Shown here: piece after piece, positions 9,925-18,889 of the stretch | Layout of the letters: the number at the start of each line of letters is the position of its first letter | Numbering within the stretch: position 1 is the first letter of the stretch | Origin: Thauera sp. | GTDB taxonomy: Bacteria; Pseudomonadota; Gammaproteobacteria; Burkholderiales; Rhodocyclaceae | Assembly (NCBI GenBank): GCA_016790365.1 | Contig: JAEUNQ010000145.1 | Coordinates: forward strand, 1,993-65,992 | DNA length: 64,000 nucleotides | Direction: 5' to 3' | Notes under the pieces: generated by a model | The model's database searches: none | What the model saw: the letters and a program-made list of their open reading frames with translations, nothing else | What the model was told of the DNA's origin: nothing | Made by a program: the position numbers and the translations under genes

Positions 9925-11620
9925 GGATAATAAGCAATCCGAACAAGTACTTGAGCCCGGGATCCTAATCCAAAGCAAGCCTGGGCTGGGCAAAAGTTTT
10001 GTAACGCTTGCGACCTTCGCAGCGATGGCGCTGCTGGCGCCGGGCGTGCAGGCGATGGCGGCCGGCGAAGGCGTCGCGCTGCTCGAGCCCGCCGCGGCCG
10101 ACTCCGCGCTCGCCCTGCGCATCGAGCAGCGCTTGCGTGAACGCGCCGCCGCGGCCGACGAGACCACCGCGCTGTTCTACCTCGCGCGCGCCTACCGTCC
10201 GGTGTGGACCGAGCCCGCGCGTGCCGAGGCGCTGCTCGCCGCGGTCGAGGGGGTGCGCGGGCACGGGCTGGATCCGGCGGATTTCGTCCCGACGCGCCTG
10301 CGCGCGGCGCTGGCTGTCGAGACCGATCCAGACCGGGCAGCCGATCGCGAGCTGCTCCTGACCGACACCCTGGCTGCGCTGCTGTATCGGCTTCGCCATG
10401 GCAAGGTGGATCCGCACACGCTATACCGCGAGTGGAATTTCACCCCGCCGCCCAACCCCTACGAACGCGCCGGCACGCTCGCACGCGTGCTGCAGGCGCC
10501 CGATCTGGCCGCCGCGGTCGAGGCGCATGCGCCGGATCTGCCACTCTACCGCGCGCTGCGCGCCGAACTGCTCGCTCAGCAAGCCCGGCTCGGTGCGGGC
10601 GACTGGCCCAAGGTCGCCGCCGGGCCCACGCTCAAGCCCGGCGCGCGCACTCCACGCGTGCCCTCCCTGCGCGCACGCCTGGCCGCCGCGGGCGAGGCCG
10701 TGCTCGAGGCGCGCGACAAGACCCACTATGACGATGCCCTGGTCGAGGCGGTGAAGCGCTTCCAGGCCGCACACGGCCTGCAGGCCGACGGCGTGCTCGG
10801 GGCACAGACCCTGGAGGCGCTCAACGCCAGCCCGGTGCAGCGGGTAGCTCAGGTCCGCGCCAACCTCGAGCGCCTGCGCTGGGTGGCGAGCGACCTGCAG
10901 GGCGACCGCCTGCTGGTCGACATCGTCGGCTATCATGCCGACCTGGTGCTCGACGGCCGGTCGGTGTGGGCCTCTCGCGTGATCGTCGGCAAGCCGAAGC
11001 GGCGTACGCCCTCGCTGCTCGACAGCGTCACCCAGCTCGTGTTCAACCCCAAGTGGGTGGTCCCGCCAACCATCCTGCGCGAGGACGTGATCCCGGGCGC
11101 GGCGCGTAACCCGTCCTATCTCGCGAACCACCGCATGCGGGTGGTCGATCGCAGCGGACACACGGTCGATCCCGCCACCATCGACTGGGGCGGCGCCCGC
11201 CAGAGCGGCTTCCCCTATCGGATCGAGCAGCAGTCGGGCGCTGACGGCTCGCTCGGGCGGATCAAGTTCTCGCTCTCCAACCCCTACGTGATCTATCTGC
11301 ACGATACCAACGCGCGCTCGCTCTTCAACCGCGCCGAGCGCGCGCTCAGCTCCGGTTGCGTGCGCGTGGAAAAGCCGGCCGAGCTGGCGGTGCACCTGCT
11401 CGCCGACGAGGAGCGATGGAATGCCCAGGCGCTGCAGGCGGCGCTCGACAGCGGGCGCACGCGTACGGTCGATGTCGGGCGCGACGTCAAGGTCCTGCTG
11501 CACTACGCCACCGCGGCGCTCGACGAGACGGGGAGGGTGCTGCTGCGCAACGACATCTACGGCTACGACGCGGCGATCGTCGCCGCGCTCGATGTGCCGG
11601 TGGGGCTCGGCTCGCGCTGA
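9911..11620 (+). CDS. L,D-transpeptidase (YcbB/LdtD-like) with PG-binding domain; start uncertain
   Basis: AVKRFQAAHGLQADG, NLERLRW, NPKWVVP, IYLHDT...SSGCVRV. Confidence 0.9.
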   Translation: MVLDMDNKQSEQVLEPGILIQSKPGLGKSFVTLATFAAMALLAPGVQAMAAGEGVALLEPAAADSALALRIEQRLRERAAAADETTALFYLARAYRPVWTEPARAEALLAAVEGVRGHGLDPADFVPTRLRAALAVETDPDRAADRELLLTDTLAALLYRLRHGKVDPHTLYREWNFTPPPNPYERAGTLARVLQAPDLAAAVEAHAPDLPLYRALRAELLAQQARLGAGDWPKVAAGPTLKPGARTPRVPSLRARLAAAGEAVLEARDKTHYDDALVEAVKRFQAAHGLQADGVLGAQTLEALNASPVQRVAQVRANLERLRWVASDLQGDRLLVDIVGYHADLVLDGRSVWASRVIVGKPKRRTPSLLDSVTQLVFNPKWVVPPTILREDVIPGAARNPSYLANHRMRVVDRSGHTVDPATIDWGGARQSGFPYRIEQQSGADGSLGRIKFSLSNPYVIYLHDTNARSLFNRAERALSSGCVRVEKPAELAVHLLADEERWNAQALQAALDSGRTRTVDVGRDVKVLLHYATAALDETGRVLLRNDIYGYDAAIVAALDVPVGLGSR

Positions 11621-11645
11621 GCCTGCGTCCTTCCGATACGCGTCG

Positions 11646-11701
11646 CCGTAAGCTCGTGGCAACGCGCGCGTAACACCGCTGTCTCACGGCCCCCCTAGTC
11701 T
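11646..11701 (+). promoter_or_regulatory. Possible Pho box array upstream of the GT4/PlcP-like pair
   Basis: Four degenerate 7-mers at 11-bp period (CCGTAAG, TGGCAAC, GCGTAAC, CTGTCTC) followed by TAGTCT -10-like element. Confidence 0.4.
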
Positions 11702-11709
11702 GCGGGGCC

Positions 11710-12936
11710 ATGAGAACCCTCGACTACACCACCGAAGACCTCTGCCGGGCGGCGCGTCTGCGTGTCGCCCTGGTGACCGAGACCTGGGCGCCCGAGGTCA
11801 ACGGCGTGGCCATGACCCTGGGGCGCATGGTCGACGGCCTCATCCGCCGTGGCCACGGCGTGCAGCTCATCCGCCCGCGCCAGCAGCCCGGCGAGACCGC
11901 GCTGCGCGGCGAGGGCCTCGAAGAAGTGCTCGCCCGCGGCCTGCGCCTGCCGCGCTACGACGGCCTCAAGCTCGGCCTGCCGGCGCGGGTGAGGCTGCTG
12001 CGCGAGTGGTCGCGCCAGCGCCCGGACCTGGTGCACGTGGCGACGGAGGGGCCCCTGGGGTGGACGGCGGTCACCGCGGCCAACAAGCTGCGCATCCCGG
12101 TCAGCTCCGACTTCCACACCAACTTCGACCATTACAGCAGCCACTACGGCATGGGCTGGCTCCGCCAGCCGGTGGCGGCCTACCTGCGTCGCTTCCACAA
12201 CCGCAGCGCGGTGACCTTCGTGCCGACCGCGGCGCTCGCCGCGCAGCTCTCGGCAAAGGGCTACCGGAGGGTGGAGGTGATCTCGCGCGGGGTCGACACC
12301 GCGCTCTATTCGCCGGCGCGTCGCGACGAGGCTCTGCGCCGCGCCTGGGGCGTTCCCCCGGGGGGACTTGCCGTGATCAGCGTCGGCCGCTTGGCGCCGG
12401 AGAAGAACCTCGGCCTTACGATGCGTGCCTTCGCCGCGATCCGCCGCCTGCGCCCGGACGCGCGCATGATCCTGGTCGGCGACGGCCCCCAGCGCGCGGC
12501 GCTGGCACGTGCCCACTCCGACGCGGTCCTCGTGGGCATGCGCCACGGCGAGGACCTCGCCGCGCACTATGCGTCGGCCGACCTGTTCCTGTTCCCCAGT
12601 CTCACCGAAACCTTCGGCAACGTCACCCTCGAGGCGATGGCGAGTGGCGTGTGCCCGGTGGCCTACGATTACGCCGCCGCGGCCGAGGTGATCCGCGACC
12701 TCGGCAACGGCGCGAGCGTGGCCTGCGGGGACGAGGAGGGTTTCATCGCGCGCGCGGTGCAGCTGGCCGGGGCCGATACGCTCCGTGCCGAGCTCGCGCG
12801 CGCCGCGCGTCACAGCGCCGAGGCGATCGACTGGGAGCGGGTGAACGACCACTTCGCCGCGGCCCTGCTGCGCGTGTGGCGGGCGGGCAGCGGTTTGCCC
12901 GTCGAGCTGTCCGAACCCCGCCCGGAGGAGGCCTGA
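11710..12936 (+). CDS. Glycosyltransferase family 4 (Agt-like glycolipid synthase)
   Basis: VTETWAPEVNGVA, TEGPLG, GRLAPEKN, FPSLTETFGNVTLEAMASG. Confidence 0.9.
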   Translation: MRTLDYTTEDLCRAARLRVALVTETWAPEVNGVAMTLGRMVDGLIRRGHGVQLIRPRQQPGETALRGEGLEEVLARGLRLPRYDGLKLGLPARVRLLREWSRQRPDLVHVATEGPLGWTAVTAANKLRIPVSSDFHTNFDHYSSHYGMGWLRQPVAAYLRRFHNRSAVTFVPTAALAAQLSAKGYRRVEVISRGVDTALYSPARRDEALRRAWGVPPGGLAVISVGRLAPEKNLGLTMRAFAAIRRLRPDARMILVGDGPQRAALARAHSDAVLVGMRHGEDLAAHYASADLFLFPSLTETFGNVTLEAMASGVCPVAYDYAAAAEVIRDLGNGASVACGDEEGFIARAVQLAGADTLRAELARAARHSAEAIDWERVNDHFAAALLRVWRAGSGLPVELSEPRPEEA

Positions 12937-12938
12937 CC

Positions 12939-13793
12939 ATGAGCAGCGTACGCGCGATCTTCCTCTCCGACGTTCATCTCGGTACCCGTGCCTGCCAGGC
13001 CGAGCGTCTGCTCGACTTCCTGCGCGAGCACGAGTCGGAATATCTCTACCTGCTCGGCGACATCGTCGACTTCTGGGCGATGAAGCGCAGTGTGCAGTGG
13101 GCGCCAAGCCACAACACCGTGGTGCAGAAGGTGCTGCGCCGCGCCCGCCACGGCTGCCAGGTGATCTTCATCCCGGGCAACCACGACGAGGCCTTGCGCG
13201 AGCATGCCGGCATCGCCTTCGGCGACATCCGCGTCGAGTCCGAATGGATCCACCAGACGGCGGACGGCCGGCGCTACTGGCTGGTGCACGGTGATGAGTA
13301 CGACCAGGTCACCCGCCACCACCGCTGGGTGGCGCTGCTGGGCGACGTCGCCTACAACGCGCTGGTGCGCATCAACCTGCTGCTGTCGCGCGCGCGCCGC
13401 CTGCTCGGCGTGCCGGGCTACTGGTCGCTCGCCGGCTACGCCAAGCAGAAGGTGAAGAAGGCGGTGAGCTTCATCTTCGACTTCGAGGACGCGGTCGCCC
13501 ACGCCGCACAGCAGCGCGGGGTCGACGGGGTGATCTGCGGTCACATCCACTGGGCCTCGGACCGCCGCATCGGCGACATCCGCTACCTCAACTGCGGCGA
13601 CTGGGTGGATAGCTGCAGCGCCGTGGTCGAGCACCACGACGGCCGCATCGAGGTGCTGCAGTGGGGCGTGCAGGGCGCGCACGCGCTCGCGGCCCTCCCG
13701 GCGCCGCCCGCGCCTGAACGTCCCTCCCTTCCCCCGCGCTCCGCGCCGGTCCCGGCGGGCGCCGAGCGCATCTACCTGATGCCGGACATCTGA
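12939..13793 (+). CDS. Metallophosphoesterase, LpxH-like / PlcP phospholipase C-like
   Basis: SDVHLG, GDIVD, GNHD, HGD, GHIH and NCGDWV motifs. Confidence 0.85.
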   Translation: MSSVRAIFLSDVHLGTRACQAERLLDFLREHESEYLYLLGDIVDFWAMKRSVQWAPSHNTVVQKVLRRARHGCQVIFIPGNHDEALREHAGIAFGDIRVESEWIHQTADGRRYWLVHGDEYDQVTRHHRWVALLGDVAYNALVRINLLLSRARRLLGVPGYWSLAGYAKQKVKKAVSFIFDFEDAVAHAAQQRGVDGVICGHIHWASDRRIGDIRYLNCGDWVDSCSAVVEHHDGRIEVLQWGVQGAHALAALPAPPAPERPSLPPRSAPVPAGAERIYLMPDI

Positions 13794-13813
13794 GCCCGTG
13801 ACGCCTCTCGGTC

Positions 13814-14112
13814 GCCGCATTCGCGCCTCGCGGCGCTCCTACATCGCCACGAAATGCGGCGGTCGCATTCGCGCCTTGCGGCGCTCCTGCATCGGTACGA
13901 GGCGCGGTGGTTTTCGGTAGGAGCGCCGCCAGGCGCGAACAGGGCCTTCCTGCGAGGGATCGGCCTCACCGTATCGGCGGCCGCATTCGCGCCTCGCGGC
14001 GCTCCTACATCGCCACGAAATGCGGCGGTCGCATTCGCGCCTTGCGGCGCTCCTGCATCGGTACGAGGCGCAGCGGTTTTCGGTAGGAGCGCCGCCAGGC
14101 GCGAACAGGGCC
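13814..14112. repeat. REP/BIME cluster: two ~133-bp direct copies (period 166), each with three GTAG-type REP palindromes
   Basis: Units TTCGCGCCTCGCGGCGCTCCTAC and inverted GTAGGAGCGCCGCCAGGCGCGAA, located between convergent genes. Confidence 0.9.
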
Positions 14113-14159
14113 GCCGGGCTGTACCGCGTCCCGCGGGCTGGGGCCAGCGGCCAGTCGGC

Positions 14160-14369
14160 TCAATCCCCGCGTTCGTCTCGCAGCAGGTCCCAGGCGATGA
14201 ACATCCCGAGCGCGGCGTTCCCCAGCGCGAATAGCGCCACCACCACCGTCGCCAGCGGCACGAGCGGCCAGCTGCGCAGGAACCAGGCGAGCACGGCGGA
14301 GAGCAGGTTCAGCACGATCATCAGCCAGAAGCGGCGATCCTGCGGGCGGTAGAGGCGAGAGAGCTTCAT
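14160..14369 (-). CDS. Small two-TM membrane protein
   Basis: 69 aa with two hydrophobic segments. Confidence 0.6.
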   Translation of the reverse strand: MKLSRLYRPQDRRFWLMIVLNLLSAVLAWFLRSWPLVPLATVVVALFALGNAALGMFIAWDLLRDERGD

Positions 14370-14400
14370 CGGGGGCAAGTACGGGAGGAAGGGTGCGTAC

Positions 14401-14475
14401 TAAGAACGAGTGAGATATTCCCAGGGGGACGAGCGCGATAAATCTGGGATCTGGTGGGACGTTTGGGGATTTATC
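14401..14475 (+). repeat. Prophage left end with putative transposase-binding sites
   Basis: TGAGATATT (pos 11-19), GCGCGATAAAT (14433-14443) and inverted ATTTATCG near 14469. Confidence 0.75.
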
Positions 14476-14521
14476 GGCGTCGGAATTTCAAAAGGGTTGC
14501 AGATTTGCACGCCCGGCGGCT

Positions 14522-14965
14522 TCAGGTCTGCAGGTAGTCGGAGACGAGATCGAGGATAGCCTGACGGTCGCCGTCGGCGAGATCGGCGGACTCGGGGTCA
14601 TCGAACAGCAGGCCGCGGCGGGGCATGCGTTTGGTGCCGAACTCGTGGTACGCGGCCGTCGCCGAACCAAAGCCGATTTTCGCCGATCGAGCGTCCGCGG
14701 TGTGGGTCAGGCTGCGGAGCATGTCGCCGTAGCGGTCGAGCAGCCGGCCGTGCCCGTCGTCCGGGTAGTTCGCCTTGGTGCTCTCGGCCCACGGGGCCCA
14801 CTTTGTTCCTCCAGGATCGGTCATGGTTTCGAAACGGTTGCTGATGCGGGTCTCCATCAGCATGCCAATCTGGTCCAGAAGTGGCGCGGGATCGTCGATG
14901 CGCTTGCCGACCTGGTCGAGGTAGTCGGTAATGAACTTGGTGTCGGCGGTGATCGTGAGGGGCAT
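14522..14965 (-). CDS. Phage virion morphogenesis protein (Mu gpG-like)
   Basis: RFETMTDPGGTKWAPW, LLDRYGDMLRSL, AAYHEFGTKRMPRR. Confidence 0.85.
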   Translation of the reverse strand: MPLTITADTKFITDYLDQVGKRIDDPAPLLDQIGMLMETRISNRFETMTDPGGTKWAPWAESTKANYPDDGHGRLLDRYGDMLRSLTHTADARSAKIGFGSATAAYHEFGTKRMPRRGLLFDDPESADLADGDRQAILDLVSDYLQT

Positions 14966-14969
14966 GCGT

Positions 14970-15128
14970 TCAATCCTCCATCGGGTTGTCACCTTCGCCC
15001 AGCATCCAGCGGATTGCTGCCTCGACGCCCTGCTCGAAGGTCGCGCCGGGCCAGCGTGAGCCGGCGTCGAAGGCCTCCATGCACTGATTGCGTACTTCGT
15101 CGATTTCGTTTTGGGTGGGCGCGTGCAT
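14970..15128 (-). CDS. 52-aa acidic hypothetical phage protein
   Basis: AGGAG SD; MHAPTQNEIDEVRNQC...; packed between gpF and gpG. Confidence 0.65.
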   Translation of the reverse strand: MHAPTQNEIDEVRNQCMEAFDAGSRWPGATFEQGVEAAIRWMLGEGDNPMED

Positions 15129-15136
15129 GGTGTCTC

Positions 15137-15916
15137 CTATCTCGTCTTCGAGCGGATCAGGTCGGCGAGTGCAGCTGCACGGGCTGCCGCCTTGCCGGCG
15201 TTGTAGCCGAAGCCGGGGTCTACGCCGATCGGGACCTGGCGGATCTCGCCGGTGCGTCGGTCCACCCACTCGCGCATCTGGACATCAGGGGCCGCCTTCT
15301 TCAGCTTCGATCCGTCAGGCGCCATCCCCCGCTCGTAGTCTCGCTGCGAGACCGCCACCACCCGACACCGACAGCGCCACCCGTTGGGCGGCAGGTAGTA
15401 GTCCCAGAACGGGTCATCGACCGGGAGCACCAGGTTGTGGAGCGCGCGATGCGAGGCGCGCACCTTTTCGTCGCCCATCGTGATGTAGCGCAGGTAGGGA
15501 AAGGCCGTCTTGGTGCGCTGGATGCGCTCCCATTGGCCTGCGGCGTAGGCAGTGCGGGTGTTGGTATCGTAGATCAGCTTGAGGCGGCGGGCATCGAAGG
15601 TGGTGGTGCGCTGCTCACCGTCCTTGCCGGGGATCGTCTTCTCGCCCCACCAGCCCGCATCGACCAGTGCCCGCTTGATGTCGCGCATCCAGTCCCGGCG
15701 GGACAACTCGCCATCGACCGATCGGGTGATCGCATCGCGAATCGTCTTGAGCAGGTCCGCTCGAGCCAGGCGCGACACGGTGAACTGGGCGGCATGTTCG
15801 TCCTGCCACAGCTCGTACCAGTCGTCGGTGGTCGTGAGCAGATCGCGCGCCTGTAGGTAGGCGATCGCCTCTTGGGGCGGGAGGCGGAAGATCTGCGCGA
15901 ACTCGGCGGGCGTCAT
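15137..15916 (-). CDS. Phage minor head protein (MuF/gp30-like), short form
   Basis: RLKLIYDTNTRTAYAAG, RASH, DDPFW, PPNGWRCRC. Confidence 0.92.
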   Translation of the reverse strand: MTPAEFAQIFRLPPQEAIAYLQARDLLTTTDDWYELWQDEHAAQFTVSRLARADLLKTIRDAITRSVDGELSRRDWMRDIKRALVDAGWWGEKTIPGKDGEQRTTTFDARRLKLIYDTNTRTAYAAGQWERIQRTKTAFPYLRYITMGDEKVRASHRALHNLVLPVDDPFWDYYLPPNGWRCRCRVVAVSQRDYERGMAPDGSKLKKAAPDVQMREWVDRRTGEIRQVPIGVDPGFGYNAGKAAARAAALADLIRSKTR

Positions 15917-17481
15917 GCATCGGCTCCGGCCGCGCCGGCGAGACGCGCCGCGCCGGCGAGCTGGGCGAGGCGCTCGGCAAGCGGGCCCGCATCGGGGGCG
16001 TTTTCGGCGGCGAGCAACGTGCTGATGCGCTGCAGCACCTGCTCGGCGGTCTCGCCGGCGGCTGCGGCGTCGGCGATCGCGGCAAGCACCGGGTCGGTGA
16101 TCGGCGTGATGACTTCCTCCCATTCGCCCAGCGCCTCATCCACGGCATCGTCGATTGCATCGCGCCCGCCGGGCTCGGCAAAGCTCGCCGTCGCCCCTTC
16201 CTGTGTCTCGGCTGCAGATTTCTGTACTTCGCGATCAGAATTCGCGTTGTCGACAACAGGAACGCCTGCGGGACGCCGCCCCGGCAGAGCAGGCGGTTGC
16301 ACCGGCGCCTTCTTCTCCCAGCCCTCGCCGTACTTTGCCCGCACCGCGTCCAGGTTGAGCTCGAAGCCCATCTCCGACACGTTCTTGTCCGTCTCGCTGC
16401 TCGCCTTCAGGTCTTCCTCCTCGGAGATCACGCGATACACCAGGCACGGTGCCAGCCCGTTGTACTCGCAGATCCAGCGGATCAAGGTGCTGTTGAGCGT
16501 ATCGCTCAAAAGATCGCTGTCGGCCTGCACCAGGTCGAGGCGCACCGCTGTACGCTCCTTGCTCGCCGCGGCCAACGCGCCGCCACCGCTCGTGCGCGGC
16601 TCCTGCCCGAGCAGCACGCCAGCGATCCAGTCGTCCATGTAGTTGCACAGCGATTCCTGCGTCGACACCGACCCCGTCAGCTTGCTCTCGAGCAGCTCGA
16701 TCTGCATGCCCTCGGGCGTCATCACCACGCCATCGTTGCTGATCGCGCGCAGCGCATCGAACAGCGTGCCCTTCTCCTTCGGGCCGGCATTGCGCGGGTA
16801 CTTGCCCCACGGCGTGGGGCTGCCGAAGCGGTCGTTGAGCTTGTTCCAGGCGATGATGCCCTTGCGCTTGAAGAAAACCGGCCAGTACAGCTGCAGGCCC
16901 AGCCCCGTTCCGTACGGGTTGTCGTCCTCGGGATTGACTCGATGCACGATGAACTTGCGGTCCTTGAGCTGCACGCCGGTCAGCATGTTCTCGCGCGTGA
17001 GCAGGCGCAGCTCGGGCGGCGCGTTCTCGTCCTGCTGGACGAACCGGAAGCGGCGCTGCGCCCGCTTCACCACCCGCTCGGGCACGATCCTCCCGTCGCG
17101 CACCGCCCACACGATCTCGCTCACCGCAAAGCCGCGGAGCAGTGCGTCCATCAGGTCACAGCACACCTGGTCGAACGCACAGCGCTTCAGGATATCGGTC
17201 ACCACCTCCGCGGAGGCTGTCCCGGCCTCGCCGTCCTCCACCGGCTCCACCTGCCATGGGCGCGAGATCAGCGCCAACTGGCGCTTCTGCAACCCCTCGA
17301 AGACTTTCCCGTCGCGCTTCAGGTCGCGGTACAGCTCGCCGTTCGGGTCGCCCTTCTCCAACAACAACGGATCGTTCGTCTGCAGCACGCCCATGTACGT
17401 GCTCTCGAACGGGTCGCGTAGCCGGTTCGCGACTTCGGTGCCCAGCTCCGGCGAGGGAAGGCGCGTCGTTTTCTTAGCCAT
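15913..17481 (-). CDS. Portal protein (DUF935, Mu gp29-like)
   Basis: DALLRGFAVSEIVW, NPYGTGL, FGSPTPWGKY, LGQ; position next to TerL. Confidence 0.92.
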   Translation of the reverse strand: MAKKTTRLPSPELGTEVANRLRDPFESTYMGVLQTNDPLLLEKGDPNGELYRDLKRDGKVFEGLQKRQLALISRPWQVEPVEDGEAGTASAEVVTDILKRCAFDQVCCDLMDALLRGFAVSEIVWAVRDGRIVPERVVKRAQRRFRFVQQDENAPPELRLLTRENMLTGVQLKDRKFIVHRVNPEDDNPYGTGLGLQLYWPVFFKRKGIIAWNKLNDRFGSPTPWGKYPRNAGPKEKGTLFDALRAISNDGVVMTPEGMQIELLESKLTGSVSTQESLCNYMDDWIAGVLLGQEPRTSGGGALAAASKERTAVRLDLVQADSDLLSDTLNSTLIRWICEYNGLAPCLVYRVISEEEDLKASSETDKNVSEMGFELNLDAVRAKYGEGWEKKAPVQPPALPGRRPAGVPVVDNANSDREVQKSAAETQEGATASFAEPGGRDAIDDAVDEALGEWEEVITPITDPVLAAIADAAAAGETAEQVLQRISTLLAAENAPDAGPLAERLAQLAGAARLAGAAGADA

Positions 17482-18889
17482 GCAGGAATCCTTGGATGTC
17501 GGCGCCGCGCGGGGACGCGCTCATGTATTCGATCGGCGCCGCCGGGCTCGCCGCGGCGTGAATTGCCAGCGCGAGCGCCCAGAAACGGTCGGCGTGGCCA
17601 TCCGGCGTGCTCTCGGCCACGAAGCGTACGTTGCCGGCCGCCGTGGTCACCTTCTGCACCTTGCGCAAGTCGGCACGGATCATCGGATCGTCCGGGATGC
17701 GCAGCACCCGGTCTTCCATTGCGCCCTTGAGTGGGTAGGCCAGCGCCTCCTTCACCTGCGCGGAGAAGTTCACCGCCTCCACCCGGTGCTCGCCGAACTC
17801 ATCCTGCGCGTCGTCGGCCCAGCCGATACCCATGCCCGTGGCGTCGATGCAGATCCGGTCCGCGCGCGCGAACCACGGCCACAGGACTGCCTCCTGCGCG
17901 CTCTTGCGCATGCGCTCGAGCGCCTCCACGTGCCGCGTGTACAGCACGTCGCCGAGCTGCTCGACCACCCACAGCACTGTCAGATCCTTCTTGCGGCCGA
18001 TGTCCACGCCGCAGAACACGCGCCCGGTGAAGGGGTCGTCCACATCCCGCTGCCAGTCCGCACCCGCGCCGTACTCGCAGCCGGTGATCAGCTCGTACTC
18101 GATGAACTTGGCGTCGTCGTCGGCCGGGATGCACATATATTCCTGGTCGAACGATTCGGCATCGGCCGCGCCGGCCTTCACGAAGTCGAAGTACTCGGCC
18201 TCGGTCATGTCCTGCTGCTCGGCGTCGGCCGGCAGCGCCTGCTGAAGCTTGTAGAGAAAGCCCTGGTCGAGCGCGTCCTGCAAGGTCACCCGGTGCAGGC
18301 TGATCTTCTTCGGGTTGTCCTTCTCGCGGATCTCGCGAACCAGCCCGTTGAAGAACGAATTGCTGCCGCGGTGCGTGCTCACCAACTCCATGCTGCCGCC
18401 CCAGGTGATGCCCGGGTACGCGATCGCCCACATCTTGCGCTGGTCGCGGTGCAGGGCGAACTCGTCCAGGATGCGGCTGCCGCGCTTGCCCGCCTGCGCG
18501 TCCGGGTTGCTGCTCATGCTATGGATGCGTCGGCCGCTGGCGAACTGCAGCACGTAGGCGCTGAGCTTCTTGTCGGCATCGACCACCACTTCGCCCAGGT
18601 CCTGCGCGGCCATGTGCATGATGCCCGCCCACAGCTTGCAGTCCTCGATGAACAGCCGTGCCTGGATGTCGTCGCGGCTGCTCACCCATTCGTCGTGGCG
18701 CGCCCCCTTGGCGGCGGCGCGCTCGACGGCGCCGTAGGCCGTCGACCAGCTGATGCCGATCTGGCGCGACTTCTCCATCAGCTTCAGTCGCGATGGATCC
18801 TGAATCCATGCGGACTGGAACGGCAGAAAGATCGCGTCCGGGTTGGCCGGGATCACGCGGGCGCGGCCCTTGGGCTTGGTGGTCATCAC
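17474..18889 (-). CDS. Terminase large subunit (Mu gp28-like)
   Basis: EKSRQIGISW, ILDEFA, GVDIGRKKDL, IDATGMG, HADRFWALALA. Confidence 0.95.
   Translation of the reverse strand: MMTTKPKGRARVIPANPDAIFLPFQSAWIQDPSRLKLMEKSRQIGISWSTAYGAVERAAAKGARHDEWVSSRDDIQARLFIEDCKLWAGIMHMAAQDLGEVVVDADKKLSAYVLQFASGRRIHSMSSNPDAQAGKRGSRILDEFALHRDQRKMWAIAYPGITWGGSMELVSTHRGSNSFFNGLVREIREKDNPKKISLHRVTLQDALDQGFLYKLQQALPADAEQQDMTEAEYFDFVKAGAADAESFDQEYMCIPADDDAKFIEYELITGCEYGAGADWQRDVDDPFTGRVFCGVDIGRKKDLTVLWVVEQLGDVLYTRHVEALERMRKSAQEAVLWPWFARADRICIDATGMGIGWADDAQDEFGEHRVEAVNFSAQVKEALAYPLKGAMEDRVLRIPDDPMIRADLRKVQKVTTAAGNVRFVAESTPDGHADRFWALALAIHAAASPAAPIEYMSASPRGADIQGFLHG

Noticed and set aside
13814-14112. Possible CRISPR array
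   Set aside because: Units occur in both orientations, the spacers are themselves duplicated, and no cas genes are present; fits REP/BIME.
14411-14420. TGAGATA as a canonical TG left end
   Set aside because: No matching target duplication, and it breaks the position-33 symmetry of the end motifs; 14401 fits both.
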